A DNA stretch of 64,000 bases from a virus (Duplodnaviria; Caudoviricetes): the IMG/VR virus record IMGVR_UViG_3300029288_007102, positions 96,001 through 160,000 of that record; one strand, written 5' to 3'. The notes under the pieces were generated by a model that was not told the origin of the DNA, ran no database searches, and was given only the letters and a program-made list of their open reading frames with translations. Shown here one piece after another: positions 41,785-52,090 of this stretch; position 1 is the stretch's first letter; each line of letters opens with the position of its first letter. A program made the position numbers and the translations under genes.

Positions 41785-43138
41785 CGGCAATAATCTGGTG
41801 ATGAGGCATTTTCACCAACATCTTCTTATGGATCCTGAGGGACGGAATATCTCTGGAGTGTTTGGCTTTTTGAAGAGTTTGAGGAAGTTGGTCAAACAGT
41901 TCAGGCCGGATATTATCTATGTATGTTGGGATAGCGGTAGATCTCCCAGGAGAAAGAAGATTTACCCTGATTATAAGAAGCGGGATTTTGATGAGAATCA
42001 AAAATTGCAATATGAGGATGTCGTAAGACAGATGGGTATGCTTTACGACATCCTCAAGTTCTTCCCGGTGGTTCAGTTGAAAGCTAGTAATCCGGTTGAA
42101 GCTGATGATATTATCGCTACCTTAAGCTTGGTTCTTGAAGGAGAAAAGACAATTGTTTCTGCGGATAAAGATTTCTATCAGTTGGTGGGAAAAGATGTTA
42201 TGGTCTATAGTCCAACTAAAGATGTTGTTGTTGAAGAGCACAATTTCCGGGAACAGGTTGGTATTGCTCGGGATCTGTTTTTAACTATGCGGATGTTGAT
42301 GGGAGATAATTCGGATAATATACCGGGGTATGAAGGTGTTGGGGAGAAGACGGCAACTGATATTTTGGTCAATTATGGCGGTCTGGATAGGATTTTAGAA
42401 GCAGAGGCAGAGCTGTGTAAGTCTAGACGGTACAAGAAGATCTTTGAGGATATTGATTTATTGGAGAGGAATAGGCAATTGATGGATTTGCGGTTGGCGG
42501 TTGACGATGTGGGAGAAGAAGTTATGGGAATTTTAGCGAATTATACGCCGGGGATTTTGATGTATACGAAAGAGTTGATTCAACAGGAAACGTTTAATCA
42601 TGGCTTTAAGTCGATCTTTATGGAGTTTGGTGATTGGATCCTGCCTTTTGAGGGATTGTCTACAGAAGTAAAACTTGGGGGGCTGACGATGAAGCAGGGA
42701 ATTGAATGGCAAGTATGTAATTTAGAGCTATCCAAACGCTTATGCGAATTAGGCGTGAAGCAGGAGAGTATGTTTTGGTGGTGTGAATTTACTAAGAAAA
42801 ACGAAACTAATTATACAGACCGAGTTATTACCAACAAAGAATATCAACATAGAATAGATGGGTTGCAAAGGGGAGATGGAGTAGAGTTTCATAAACATCA
42901 AGGAGTTAAATACTACTCCGCCTTCACGGTCGCCGAACTTGGGGCAATGCTGCCAGAGGGTTATGGAAGCATAAAAACTCTACACCGTACATATAGATGT
43001 GGAACTATGGTTGGCGAAAAATTTAGAGAAGCACCATTGCAAAAACAATATCCAGAGGCCGACACTGAAGCTGATTGTAGAGCTGAAATGTTGATATATC
43101 TAATAGAGAATAAATTAGTGGGGGTTAACAAATGTTAA
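41765..43138 (+). CDS. 5'-3' exonuclease / FEN (RNase H-like) with appended C-terminal domain
   Basis: LLDGNN, RKKIYPDYK, EADDII, SADKDFYQL, GDNSDNIPG..GVGEKTA. Confidence 0.9.
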   Translation: MRSLLLDGNNLVMRHFHQHLLMDPEGRNISGVFGFLKSLRKLVKQFRPDIIYVCWDSGRSPRRKKIYPDYKKRDFDENQKLQYEDVVRQMGMLYDILKFFPVVQLKASNPVEADDIIATLSLVLEGEKTIVSADKDFYQLVGKDVMVYSPTKDVVVEEHNFREQVGIARDLFLTMRMLMGDNSDNIPGYEGVGEKTATDILVNYGGLDRILEAEAELCKSRRYKKIFEDIDLLERNRQLMDLRLAVDDVGEEVMGILANYTPGILMYTKELIQQETFNHGFKSIFMEFGDWILPFEGLSTEVKLGGLTMKQGIEWQVCNLELSKRLCELGVKQESMFWWCEFTKKNETNYTDRVITNKEYQHRIDGLQRGDGVEFHKHQGVKYYSAFTVAELGAMLPEGYGSIKTLHRTYRCGTMVGEKFREAPLQKQYPEADTEADCRAEMLIYLIENKLVGVNKC

Positions 43139-44178
43139 TTGCTATAACAGGAGATATTCAGGCAGAGAATTATCGGCAGTATTCTAAAATATTGCCGGAT
43201 GGGATGAGCAGTCGTTTGGCTGACATCAAGAGTGTTTTACAGCAGATGTTGGATTATTGCATCCAGAACAAAGTCTCAGTGTTTGTTATCAATGGGGATA
43301 TTTTTGAGTTCCGGGATAATATAGATGTGATGGTTTATCTGATGGTTTACCGGGCGTTAGAGTTGTTTAAGGCTGCAGGCATTCGGTTATATATTAATTT
43401 GGGGAATCATGATATGTTGCAGGAGGGTGGAGATGATTTTGCTCTTTACCCCTTTTCTAACATAGCAGACGGGATAAATAAAACCTATGCGGCTTGTACG
43501 CTAACCTTGGGTGATGGGAAGGTGTTCACGATGGGTTTTGTGGCTTATTCGGATTCCCCGCAGACTTTAAGAGATAATATTCAAAAGATGGTAGATAAGA
43601 AGTGTGATATTTTATTTGCACATTGTGGGGTAGATGAGGCCAGGGTGGGGCCTAATGATTCTGTCGTAAAGGGGCAGTTGTCTGTTAGGGATCTCCAAGC
43701 TAACCATTTTGACCAGGTCTTTTTGGGACACTACCATTCACCTCAGCAGATCGCTAAGAATACTTGGTATGCCGGGTGCCCTTTACAATTGAATTGGGGG
43801 GATCGTGATGATCACAGGGGTTTCTTGGTTTATGATACTGAGACAAAGCAGACTCAACTTATTCCTACAACCTTCCCTTGGTTTATTGACAGGGGCTTGG
43901 AAGATGTAGCCTCAATGGATCTGACTGGGCATTTTGTTAAGGTGAGAATTGCAAATGAGAATAAGTTGGAAATTTATAATAAAGTAATGGCGGCAGGAGC
44001 CCAATGGTGTACGGTTGTTTCAGGGGAGGCACAGAAAGTGGAGAAGAGGATGGATGTTGATATGTCTACAGATGAAAAGGATATGATTAAGGAGTATGTC
44101 AAGCATATGCCTGCTCAAGATTTAGACAAGGATCTTTTATTAAGTTTGGGAATGGAGATTTATGGCGAAATTAAATAG
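43132..44178 (+). CDS. SbcD/Mre11/gp47-like nuclease
   Basis: GDIQ, NGDIF, GNHD, GHYH metallophosphoesterase motifs. Confidence 0.88.
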   Translation: MLIAITGDIQAENYRQYSKILPDGMSSRLADIKSVLQQMLDYCIQNKVSVFVINGDIFEFRDNIDVMVYLMVYRALELFKAAGIRLYINLGNHDMLQEGGDDFALYPFSNIADGINKTYAACTLTLGDGKVFTMGFVAYSDSPQTLRDNIQKMVDKKCDILFAHCGVDEARVGPNDSVVKGQLSVRDLQANHFDQVFLGHYHSPQQIAKNTWYAGCPLQLNWGDRDDHRGFLVYDTETKQTQLIPTTFPWFIDRGLEDVASMDLTGHFVKVRIANENKLEIYNKVMAAGAQWCTVVSGEAQKVEKRMDVDMSTDEKDMIKEYVKHMPAQDLDKDLLLSLGMEIYGEIK

Positions 44179-46057
44179 GGTTGTTCTGCATAATTTTCAA
44201 TGCTTTCCTGATGAAACTTTCCAACTAGATAACCAAGGGTTATCTTTGATTTATGGTTTTGACGAAACGGGGGATGCTAATGGGGTTGGCAAGTCGGCAT
44301 TAGCGATTGACTCTATTACCTGGGTTATCTGGGGAGTAACCCCTAAAGGTATAGCCGGGGATGATGTTGTGATTGATCAAGGCTCTGGTAAAAATTGTTT
44401 TGTTGAACTTGATTTTGAGCCAGACCCGGAGACTAAGGTTAAAGTTATAAGGTATCGGAAGCATCATGAGTTTAGGAACGGCTTACGGCTTTTTGTTAAT
44501 GACCAGGAACAGACGCAGATGACCCCTACGGAGACGGAGGCTCGGCTCCAGAAGTATATTGGTGTTTCATATGAGGCGTTTATTAATTCTGTCCTATTTA
44601 GCCCGGAGATAACTAATCTTTTCTCTTCTTCTACTGATAAAGAGCGGAAGACTTTGATTGATTCGATCTTGGGTTATGAGTGGGCGGACCAGGCATTAGA
44701 GGTGGCTAGGAAGCGTTTGAAACAGGTTGATGGTGAGGCGGATGGTCTGGCACTTAAAAAGGCGGAGTTAAACAGTAAGTTGGAAGTTTTGTCCAGACAG
44801 AAGAAGGAGGCGGAAGAGGGGCAAGCTAATTTTGAGACAGAAAAGGAAGAAAAGATAAAAAAGTTTGAGGAGAATATCAAGAAACTTAAAGAGCAATTGA
44901 AGGATGTAGATGAGGCTCCGTTAAAGAAAAAATTGGAAGAAGCAAATACTGAGCTGGAGAGTATAGTAAAAACTGAGAAGTCGGCAGCTGAGACCCAGCA
45001 GGCGTTGCAGGGGTTGGAAGGAAGAATTATTGAGTTGGAGACGGCCAAGCAGTTGGCCGAGGAACAGATACAGCTGGCCAGGGAGAACATAAAACTTATT
45101 CAAAATAACGAGGGTGGGTCTTGTCCTCTGTGTGTTAGAAAAATTACCAAGACTGAAGCACCAAAAATGATACAGCATTATGGGGGGGAGGAAGATAAGC
45201 TTAAGGAAAAAGTAAGACTTATTGATGGCGATTTATATAAGTGTTGTAATTTGCGGGATGAGCTTATGGATGTCCTGGAAGAAGATCGGAAAAAGATTAA
45301 TAGACGTTTGGGTGTATTAAACGATAAGGATAGAGTGGTCGCTCAGATTCACGGGTTGGAAACGAAGACCTCTGAGATCAATTTGGCTATTTCTATGTCA
45401 GAGGCAATGACGAAAGACGCCTTAGCAGAAAAGTCTCCGTATAAGGATATGTTAGAGCGGGTAATAAAAGAAGAGGGTGAGGTTGAGAAAAAGATTGAAG
45501 AGGCTCAAGGAGAATTTGATACTCTTAATATTATGAGAAAACATTTAGAGTTCTGGGAGTATGGCTTCGGCCAGGCGGGGATAAAGACTTTTATCTTGGA
45601 TAGTGTTCTTCCTATACTAAATGATCGGGTCAAGTATTATTCTGAGATCTTGACGGATCAGGCTATTGAGGTTAAGTTCTCGGCTCAATCTCTCTTGAAG
45701 TCGGGGGAAGTACGGGAGAAAATAGATCTATCAATAGACAATACCCGGGGGGCCAGTAAGTACAAGGGAAATTCTACTGGGGAGAAGAGGAAGATAGATA
45801 TTTGTATTATGCTTGCCTTACATGATCTTATCAAGATGCGACATAGTGTGAATTTCAATGTGGCATTCTACGATGAGGTGTTTGCCTTCCTCTCGGCTTC
45901 TAGTATACAGAAGGTGATGACTTTACTTAGGGAAGAGGCTAGGACCAAAGATTCTGTGTTTGTGATTAGCCACGATGACAAGTTGAAATCTAGTTTTGAC
46001 CGGGTGATTATGATTAAGAAAGAAGGAAAGACATCTAAGGTTGTAAAGGATTCTTAA
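44162..46057 (+). CDS. SbcC/Rad50/gp46-like ATPase
   Basis: NGVGKS, coiled coil with CPLC hook, STGEK signature, YDE, ISH. Confidence 0.9.
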   Translation: MAKLNRVVLHNFQCFPDETFQLDNQGLSLIYGFDETGDANGVGKSALAIDSITWVIWGVTPKGIAGDDVVIDQGSGKNCFVELDFEPDPETKVKVIRYRKHHEFRNGLRLFVNDQEQTQMTPTETEARLQKYIGVSYEAFINSVLFSPEITNLFSSSTDKERKTLIDSILGYEWADQALEVARKRLKQVDGEADGLALKKAELNSKLEVLSRQKKEAEEGQANFETEKEEKIKKFEENIKKLKEQLKDVDEAPLKKKLEEANTELESIVKTEKSAAETQQALQGLEGRIIELETAKQLAEEQIQLARENIKLIQNNEGGSCPLCVRKITKTEAPKMIQHYGGEEDKLKEKVRLIDGDLYKCCNLRDELMDVLEEDRKKINRRLGVLNDKDRVVAQIHGLETKTSEINLAISMSEAMTKDALAEKSPYKDMLERVIKEEGEVEKKIEEAQGEFDTLNIMRKHLEFWEYGFGQAGIKTFILDSVLPILNDRVKYYSEILTDQAIEVKFSAQSLLKSGEVREKIDLSIDNTRGASKYKGNSTGEKRKIDICIMLALHDLIKMRHSVNFNVAFYDEVFAFLSASSIQKVMTLLREEARTKDSVFVISHDDKLKSSFDRVIMIKKEGKTSKVVKDS

Positions 46058-46801
46058 AATGAGAGTGAAGTTCTTTATGGATGTCGTTCTTCCTTTTGGT
46101 GATGGAATAGTCAGGAAAGGTTGGACTGCGGAGAAGTATACGAATAGGCATACTGGTATTAGTTATATAACAATAGATAAAAGGTATGAGAAATTTTTAA
46201 GGTTATATCTTTTATTTGGGAAGAAATATTTTATGAAAATAGTCCCTATATATGATGAGTCGTTCTTTAGTGGAACTTATAAAAGATATATAAAGGAGGA
46301 TTGATGCAGATTTATTTTGATTCAAAGAAGGCAGTAAGAGGTTTCCGAGAGTGGATAGCTTGGAAGCTGGTAAACCTGGCTAAGTTTATTTATCCGCAAT
46401 CGGAAGATGTAATGTCTTTCCATGTGAGTATGCTGTATGATTATATTATGTACGGGCAGGTGGCTGTACGGGTGAGTCCGGACGAGATTGTTCGGATTTC
46501 CGCAGAAAGGGGTTGGGGATGCTCAAAAAAGAGTTGATTAAATTGTGTCCAATTTGTAAAAAGTATTATTATGCAGATAAGCCTCATGCCGTTAAGTCGG
46601 GAGAGCATTGTCAGAAGGCAATGGAAGAATTCCGTAAACAGAATAATATTCCTTCTTATGAGGTTTGGGATATGACGGTGAATACTGAGTTGGGTATATT
46701 TGTTCCTCAATATAATGCGGAAGAGACGGTGCGGAATTTTATGAGGGTAATGTATGATAAGGTAGAATATCCTTTAGTTCGATGGGAGTTGGGGGGTAAA
46801 A

Positions 46802-47311
46802 ATGATTAGGTGGGTAGGAATTGATAACGGGGTTTCCGGAAGTGTAGCGATATTGGATGATGAGGGGGATTGCCAGTATTATCCTACTCCAATAAAAAAT
46901 GAGCTTAATTATACCAAAACAAAACAGTGGGTGCATCGGGTAGATGTTGTAAAATTGTTGGAGATATTTGAGCCATTAAAGGGTGGTAATGTCATCATCT
47001 TGCTAGAAAGGCCAATGGTTAATCCTGGGAGATTTAAAGCTACAACTTCGGCTTTAAGGGCGTTAGAGGCGACTTTGATCGCTATTGAGTTCTCTGGGTT
47101 GTCATTTGCTTATTGTGACAGCAAAGAGTGGCAGAAGGTGATGCTTCCGGCTGGGCTTGAGAAAGAAGAGTTGAAGAAGGCCAGCTTAGATGTGGCTAAG
47201 AGATATTTCCCTAATATTAAATTAAAGAAAGATGGAGATAGTCTTTTGATCGCTATGTATGCTAAACAAAAATTCCAAGGGAAGGCCTCTGATGATCAAA
47301 AGAAAAGCTAA
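46802..47311 (+). CDS. RuvC-like Holliday junction resolvase
   Basis: VGIDNGVSG, LERP, EWQK, DGDSLLIA. Confidence 0.75.
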   Translation: MIRWVGIDNGVSGSVAILDDEGDCQYYPTPIKNELNYTKTKQWVHRVDVVKLLEIFEPLKGGNVIILLERPMVNPGRFKATTSALRALEATLIAIEFSGLSFAYCDSKEWQKVMLPAGLEKEELKKASLDVAKRYFPNIKLKKDGDSLLIAMYAKQKFQGKASDDQKKS

Positions 47312-47819
47312 AAAAAAAGATAGGTTGCCGGATTTGATAAGGGCGTATGATTTTTTTTTAAGTAATAGGTATAGGGCGTTGGGGAAATTACAAAAAAGTA
47401 AGAATGAGAGTTGTAAGGAATATTTTAGTAAGTATGGATGTATATTGACAGGGTGTAAAAAATGTTGTATGTCTTGTGGGCAGTTTTCTTGTATTCGTTG
47501 GGACAATTGTTTATATTTTGATCAGGTTTTGACGAGGAGGTAAGGATGGCGGAGAAAATTAGGGCGAACGTAGTTTGTCCAAAATGTAAGACTTGTTGGG
47601 GGACACTTAAATTTTCTTTTGATTCTATCTTGACAACGGAGGATATTAGTGTTAAACCTAAATATAAGGAGAGGGTGCGTTTGGTCAATAATGAACTTAT
47701 TTGCCCGGTCTGCGAATATCAATTTAGAATCTTTGATGTTTGGGAAATGATAGCCAAGCAGCTCCCTCAAATAGAAAAGACAATATCTATTCCTACCAAA
47801 AAAAAGAGGAGGTAGATAG

Positions 47820-48365
47820 ATGCTACTTTGTGGGACATTGGATACACAACAGGCTGAAAGATTTTCTAAGTTTAATACATGTGTGGTTAGAGGTCTGTCT
47901 CTCCAGCAAAAACCGATAATAGATAGGTATGCGGAAGGTAAGATAGATGTATGGATGCCTGCGGTAAATATGATTGTAAGATGCAGGGGGAATACAGACA
48001 AAACACAAATCAAACTTAAGTCTTTATTTTATGACTATGGTTTTGTCTTATATGAGACGGATGAAATAAAAAAAGATTTATATGAGCTTTTTGGAAATCT
48101 GTTACATTGTCAGATGTTAAAGGGGTTTTGTTTTTTAGAGAAAGGGCAGATTTCTCAAATTAATGAGGCCATTTATAAGTTGGAAGGAAAACCAAAGGTA
48201 TATTTTGAGGTTGGGGATTTGGTGAATGTGAAGAAGGGGCCTTGGTCTCATTTGACAGGGAAGGTGATTGAGGTGGGGGGAGATAAAGTGAAGGTGGGTA
48301 TATTTGCTATGGGTAGAGTAACCCCTATAGGTTTTAGTATGGAAATGATAGAGAGGGCGATATGA
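47820..48365 (+). CDS. NusG-like transcription factor (C-terminal KOW)
   Basis: FEVGDLVNVKKGPW..LTGKV.EV...KVKV.IF..GR.TP KOW domain; Y.FV in N-domain. Confidence 0.7.
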   Translation: MLLCGTLDTQQAERFSKFNTCVVRGLSLQQKPIIDRYAEGKIDVWMPAVNMIVRCRGNTDKTQIKLKSLFYDYGFVLYETDEIKKDLYELFGNLLHCQMLKGFCFLEKGQISQINEAIYKLEGKPKVYFEVGDLVNVKKGPWSHLTGKVIEVGGDKVKVGIFAMGRVTPIGFSMEMIERAI

Positions 48366-49154
48366 GCAACTTATATCTTAATATCCGGTTTGGGAATTAT
48401 CATTTCCAGGTTGGGGATCCGCATTGGTATAGTATCCGCTGGGTGTTTAATGGGGTTCATATAAAGAACCTTAAAAGGTTTGAGATATATCAATTTTTTA
48501 ATTTAGTTTAGGGGGGGGGGGCAATGATTACAGATAACCCGGAGTTTTTGGAAAAGAAGGTGAAAGAGGATATTGTTAAATGGTGGGGAAAACCATTAGA
48601 TGATGAGTCCTTCCCTTTTCATCTTTCTTTTATATATCATCCAACTGAGGTGCCGTTGTCGGAGATTTACTCGGATGATTCTTCTTTATGGAAACAATGG
48701 GGGTTAGTTAAAGTTTGGGCGAAGCTGAAAAATAAAATCCCAATGTTGATAATTTATAACTGTGAGGGTCCTATTGTTTATTTCTGTTTTACTTATAATG
48801 ATGAGATCGCAACAGTGGCCGGAGAACACTTCCCAAAATTTGTGGCATATAGTTTGGTGATGAAGGGGATGCCAAATTTGTGCTCTGTGTTTTTGTTATA
48901 TGATCTGTTGGCTTTAGATAAAAAACTATTTGAGGGGTTGAAGCCTCACGAAAGGGAATAAAAATGACAGAAGGGAAAATTGAAGTCTATTATGAGTTTA
49001 TAGATGGTTCGCCAATGGTGCCGAAAGATAATTCGGACTGGGCTAAGATTAATAAAGAGGTTATGGATATAGCTAAAGCTATGCAGAGTACAGGGATAAA
49101 AAAAATGGAATTGAAGGTGCCTGGTGTAGAAAAGGTTCTTGAGGACAAGAAACC

Positions 49155-49718
49155 GTGAAGATAAAAACTTTAAAAAATTGGATAAGGATCAGGACGGTTA
49201 TAAATGGTTTGGCCTTTGTTTTTTTGGTGTGTGTTGGTATGGTTATGGTTGATGCGGCACTTGTTGCCAAACAGACATTAAAGAAGATTGCATTGGAGAT
49301 AACCTTTATTGGACCAGAAAATCTGGAATATTTAGGGGAATATGATACTACGGCTTATTCTGATCGCTTTAAAGAGACGACGGGTAAGCCTTCTATAGAA
49401 ATTATTGAACAGACAGGTAAGGGGGAAAAGAAGACGATTCTTCGGGAACGGAGTGATGAGAGATTGTTTACGGCAAGTGGCCTTCCGGTTGATGAGGAAA
49501 CGATAGCTGTCAGTAGAGATATGTTAAGATCTGGGGAGTTTTATTATGGGGAGAAGTTGTGGGTGCCACAATTACACAAAAGTTTTACGGTAAAAGATAA
49601 GATGGGATTAGATAAATATGGGAGAGAGATAGCCCGGCGGTTGGATGTTTTTTCTTTTAATAGAAAATATGTAGATAGTTTTGGGTTGAAAAAATTAAAA
49701 ATATATAAAATAAGATGA
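49155..49718 (+). CDS. Membrane-anchored 3D-domain (lytic transglycosylase-like) protein
   Basis: TTAYS, TASG, IAVSRD, V.D.M, RLDVF. Confidence 0.7.
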   Translation: MKIKTLKNWIRIRTVINGLAFVFLVCVGMVMVDAALVAKQTLKKIALEITFIGPENLEYLGEYDTTAYSDRFKETTGKPSIEIIEQTGKGEKKTILRERSDERLFTASGLPVDEETIAVSRDMLRSGEFYYGEKLWVPQLHKSFTVKDKMGLDKYGREIARRLDVFSFNRKYVDSFGLKKLKIYKIR

Positions 49719-49743
49719 GAGATGTTATTTTTAAATAATTTGC

Positions 49744-49772
49744 TTGACAAGGAGATGGTTGTATAGTAGTAT
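49744..49772 (+). promoter_or_regulatory. Sigma70-type promoter for hairpin array/TerD operon
   Basis: TTGACA-17 bp-TAGTAT; spacer resembles the promoter at 4708. Confidence 0.65.
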
Positions 49773-49799
49773 AGTTGTATCAAAGATAAACAAAAGTTT

Positions 49800-50139
49800 A
49801 GGCATCGGTGGTTCCTATTATATCGTGGAATCAGCCCTTCGGGGCTGAGCAAATTACCACCCGCCTTTTTTTTATAATGATGGGCACAAGGGGTTCCTAA
49901 CAAAAAAAAGACTAACACTCTTCCTAATACCCCTCGCTCTATAATATTTGGGCATAAGCGGTTCCTAACATAAAATCCCGTTAAGATTCTACTGCTCGCC
50001 CTACTAATTAAAAGGCATAAGCCGTTCCTAACAATTTCAATTGGTGAAAATATACGGCTCGCCTTCTATTAAAAGGCATATAGAGGTTCCTAACAAAAAT
50101 CAAGCCCTTCGGGGCACCTGCGATAATACCTCTCGCCTT
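49800..50139 (+). ncRNA. Array of five structured RNA repeats
   Basis: Units GGCA-(2-3 nt)-6-bp stem-TCCTAACA(variable loop)T-stem'-C-GCC at 49800, 49882, 49950, 50012 and 50073, with covarying stems. Confidence 0.85.
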
Positions 50140-50164
50140 ATTTTGAATGAAAAGGAGAATGAAA

Positions 50165-52087
50165 ATGGAATCCACGATCAGACTGTTCAAAGCTTTACCT
50201 ATCACTAAGAAGGGGAAAAAGACTAACAAATCCTTATTGACGCAAACTGTCAAGAAGGGTTTTATTTTTGCCCCAGAGGTTGTCGCTAATTATAGTGAAG
50301 CGGAATTGCAGACTCTCGTTAAGGTAGTAGAGGAAAACCTTGGGCTGTCTGCAGACAAGATGAATAATGCGTTTCATAAGTCCTGGGGGAAAGTGGCGAC
50401 AGCCAGCATAGAGCAGCTAGTTGCCGAACAGATCGTGCATTATATGACTACCTATGGTTTTGAACGCTTGGGTATATATAATAAGGATACAGTATATATC
50501 CCTACTGAGAAGTTGAAGATCCCCAAGATAGATGTAGAAAAATTCCCCTTGATGGTTGTTAAGGGGTATACCAAAGTGGAGCTGAAATATAAGCTGATTG
50601 TTCTTTTGAGTTCCGGGGTTGCCCTGAAAGAAGATACCAAGAGGGATGTCGTTGATGTAGCATTGTTTATTGGGCTGACAGAGTATGATATTTCCTTGAT
50701 CAGGAACAAGGAAGTTAGGGTGGCCTTGTTTGATTACCTTGGGATGATCCCAGATAATCCTATTGAGTTTCTGCGGTTTATGGTTTATAAATCTATCAAT
50801 AAAACTCTGTTGATCAAAGACAGGGCAACCATTGCTGAGATAAAGATGAAGGACAATCTGGCGGCTCTTCGGTTGCTTGAGCAGTACCGGGAGAAATATG
50901 GCCTGAGTAGATTGGCGGAGATCTTCTATCGGTTTAAACCTTTGTTCCTGGCTTTTAGGTCTAACAAGAGTTTGAAGGTTATTATTAATAAGGTAAGGAA
51001 GCTTGCCCTAACTAACCATAAACCTATGGTGGAAGATTACTTGAATACCATTACTGCTTTGATCAAAAGAGGTGAGGAGATCGATAAGGCTAAATTAAAA
51101 TCTGAACTGAAAAGGGTAAACACTTTTAGGAAGATTCGTCTGGCTTACGCCTTGAACTTCCGGCTGACCGATGCAGGTTCCATTTTGTATAGGGTGAGGA
51201 ACGGGAAGAGTTTTGCTACTGGGTTTAAGTTCGACGGGCAGAAAGAGGCAAAAGGTATTTTGAAGATTGTTCTTAAATCCATTGCCAAGGACATTGCAGA
51301 GAATGTGGCGGGGAAGAAGGTTTATCTCCCCTCTAATATACAGTATGCTTTACCTGCGACAGAGAAGCAGTTTACTGGATATTTTCCTAGTGGCTCTTAT
51401 GTGTCTGTCCCTAAGGACATGATTTTTGGAGTACATTGGACGAATGTTGGTGATAGTAAAGGACTGTATAGTGATGGCCGGGTTGACCTAGATCTGTCTT
51501 TGATTTCGGTAGATGGGAAATTTGGTTGGGATAGATCCTACCGAAATGAAGAAGGCAGTATTTTATTCTCCGGAGATATGACTGACGCTCCTAAACCTAA
51601 TGGGGCGACGGAGCTTTTTTATGTAAAGCGGCAAGAGAAAATGGCTGCCATTCTAATGGTGAACTTCTTCAATGGTGGGGATTTTAGTGAAAACAAACAA
51701 GATGTCCCTTTTGATATTATCGTAGCGAAGGAACAGGCTAAAAACTTTAAGCAAAATTATATGGTTGATCCTAACAATGTGGTGGCCATTTCTAAGTCTG
51801 GCATTAAGGCTCAGCAGAAAGTATTGGGGTTGTTAGTGTCTACCCCCGAGGAAAGTAGATTTTACTTCGCAGAGTCTTATCTTGGCAAAGGGATAACTTC
51901 CAGGGAAACGGAATACGTTGCGGCTACTCGGCAATATTTCTCTGATTTCTATAAGAACCCCATTAGTTTGAATGAAATCTTGGAAGAGGCTGGGGTTAAA
52001 TTTGTAAAAGACCCGGAGAAAGCGGATATTGACCTCTCTCCTGAGAAGTTGGAGAAGGATACTATTTTGTCGCTGTTGGCGGCATAA
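50165..52087 (+). CDS. Large alpha-helical (ROT/TROVE-like) protein with C-terminal TerD-like domain
   Basis: C-terminal FGVHW....RVDLDLS..GW....ILFSGDMTDAP..GATE TerD pattern; helical N-region; AAGGAG SD before ATG 50165. The TROVE-like assignment is inferred from known architecture. Confidence 0.6.
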   Translation: MESTIRLFKALPITKKGKKTNKSLLTQTVKKGFIFAPEVVANYSEAELQTLVKVVEENLGLSADKMNNAFHKSWGKVATASIEQLVAEQIVHYMTTYGFERLGIYNKDTVYIPTEKLKIPKIDVEKFPLMVVKGYTKVELKYKLIVLLSSGVALKEDTKRDVVDVALFIGLTEYDISLIRNKEVRVALFDYLGMIPDNPIEFLRFMVYKSINKTLLIKDRATIAEIKMKDNLAALRLLEQYREKYGLSRLAEIFYRFKPLFLAFRSNKSLKVIINKVRKLALTNHKPMVEDYLNTITALIKRGEEIDKAKLKSELKRVNTFRKIRLAYALNFRLTDAGSILYRVRNGKSFATGFKFDGQKEAKGILKIVLKSIAKDIAENVAGKKVYLPSNIQYALPATEKQFTGYFPSGSYVSVPKDMIFGVHWTNVGDSKGLYSDGRVDLDLSLISVDGKFGWDRSYRNEEGSILFSGDMTDAPKPNGATELFYVKRQEKMAAILMVNFFNGGDFSENKQDVPFDIIVAKEQAKNFKQNYMVDPNNVVAISKSGIKAQQKVLGLLVSTPEESRFYFAESYLGKGITSRETEYVAATRQYFSDFYKNPISLNEILEEAGVKFVKDPEKADIDLSPEKLEKDTILSLLAA

Positions 52088-52090
52088 CAA

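Noticed and set aside
49800-50139. CRISPR array or run of terminators
   Set aside because: Conservation is structural with covarying stems rather than identical repeats; only unit 1 has a long U-tract; no cas genes adjacent.
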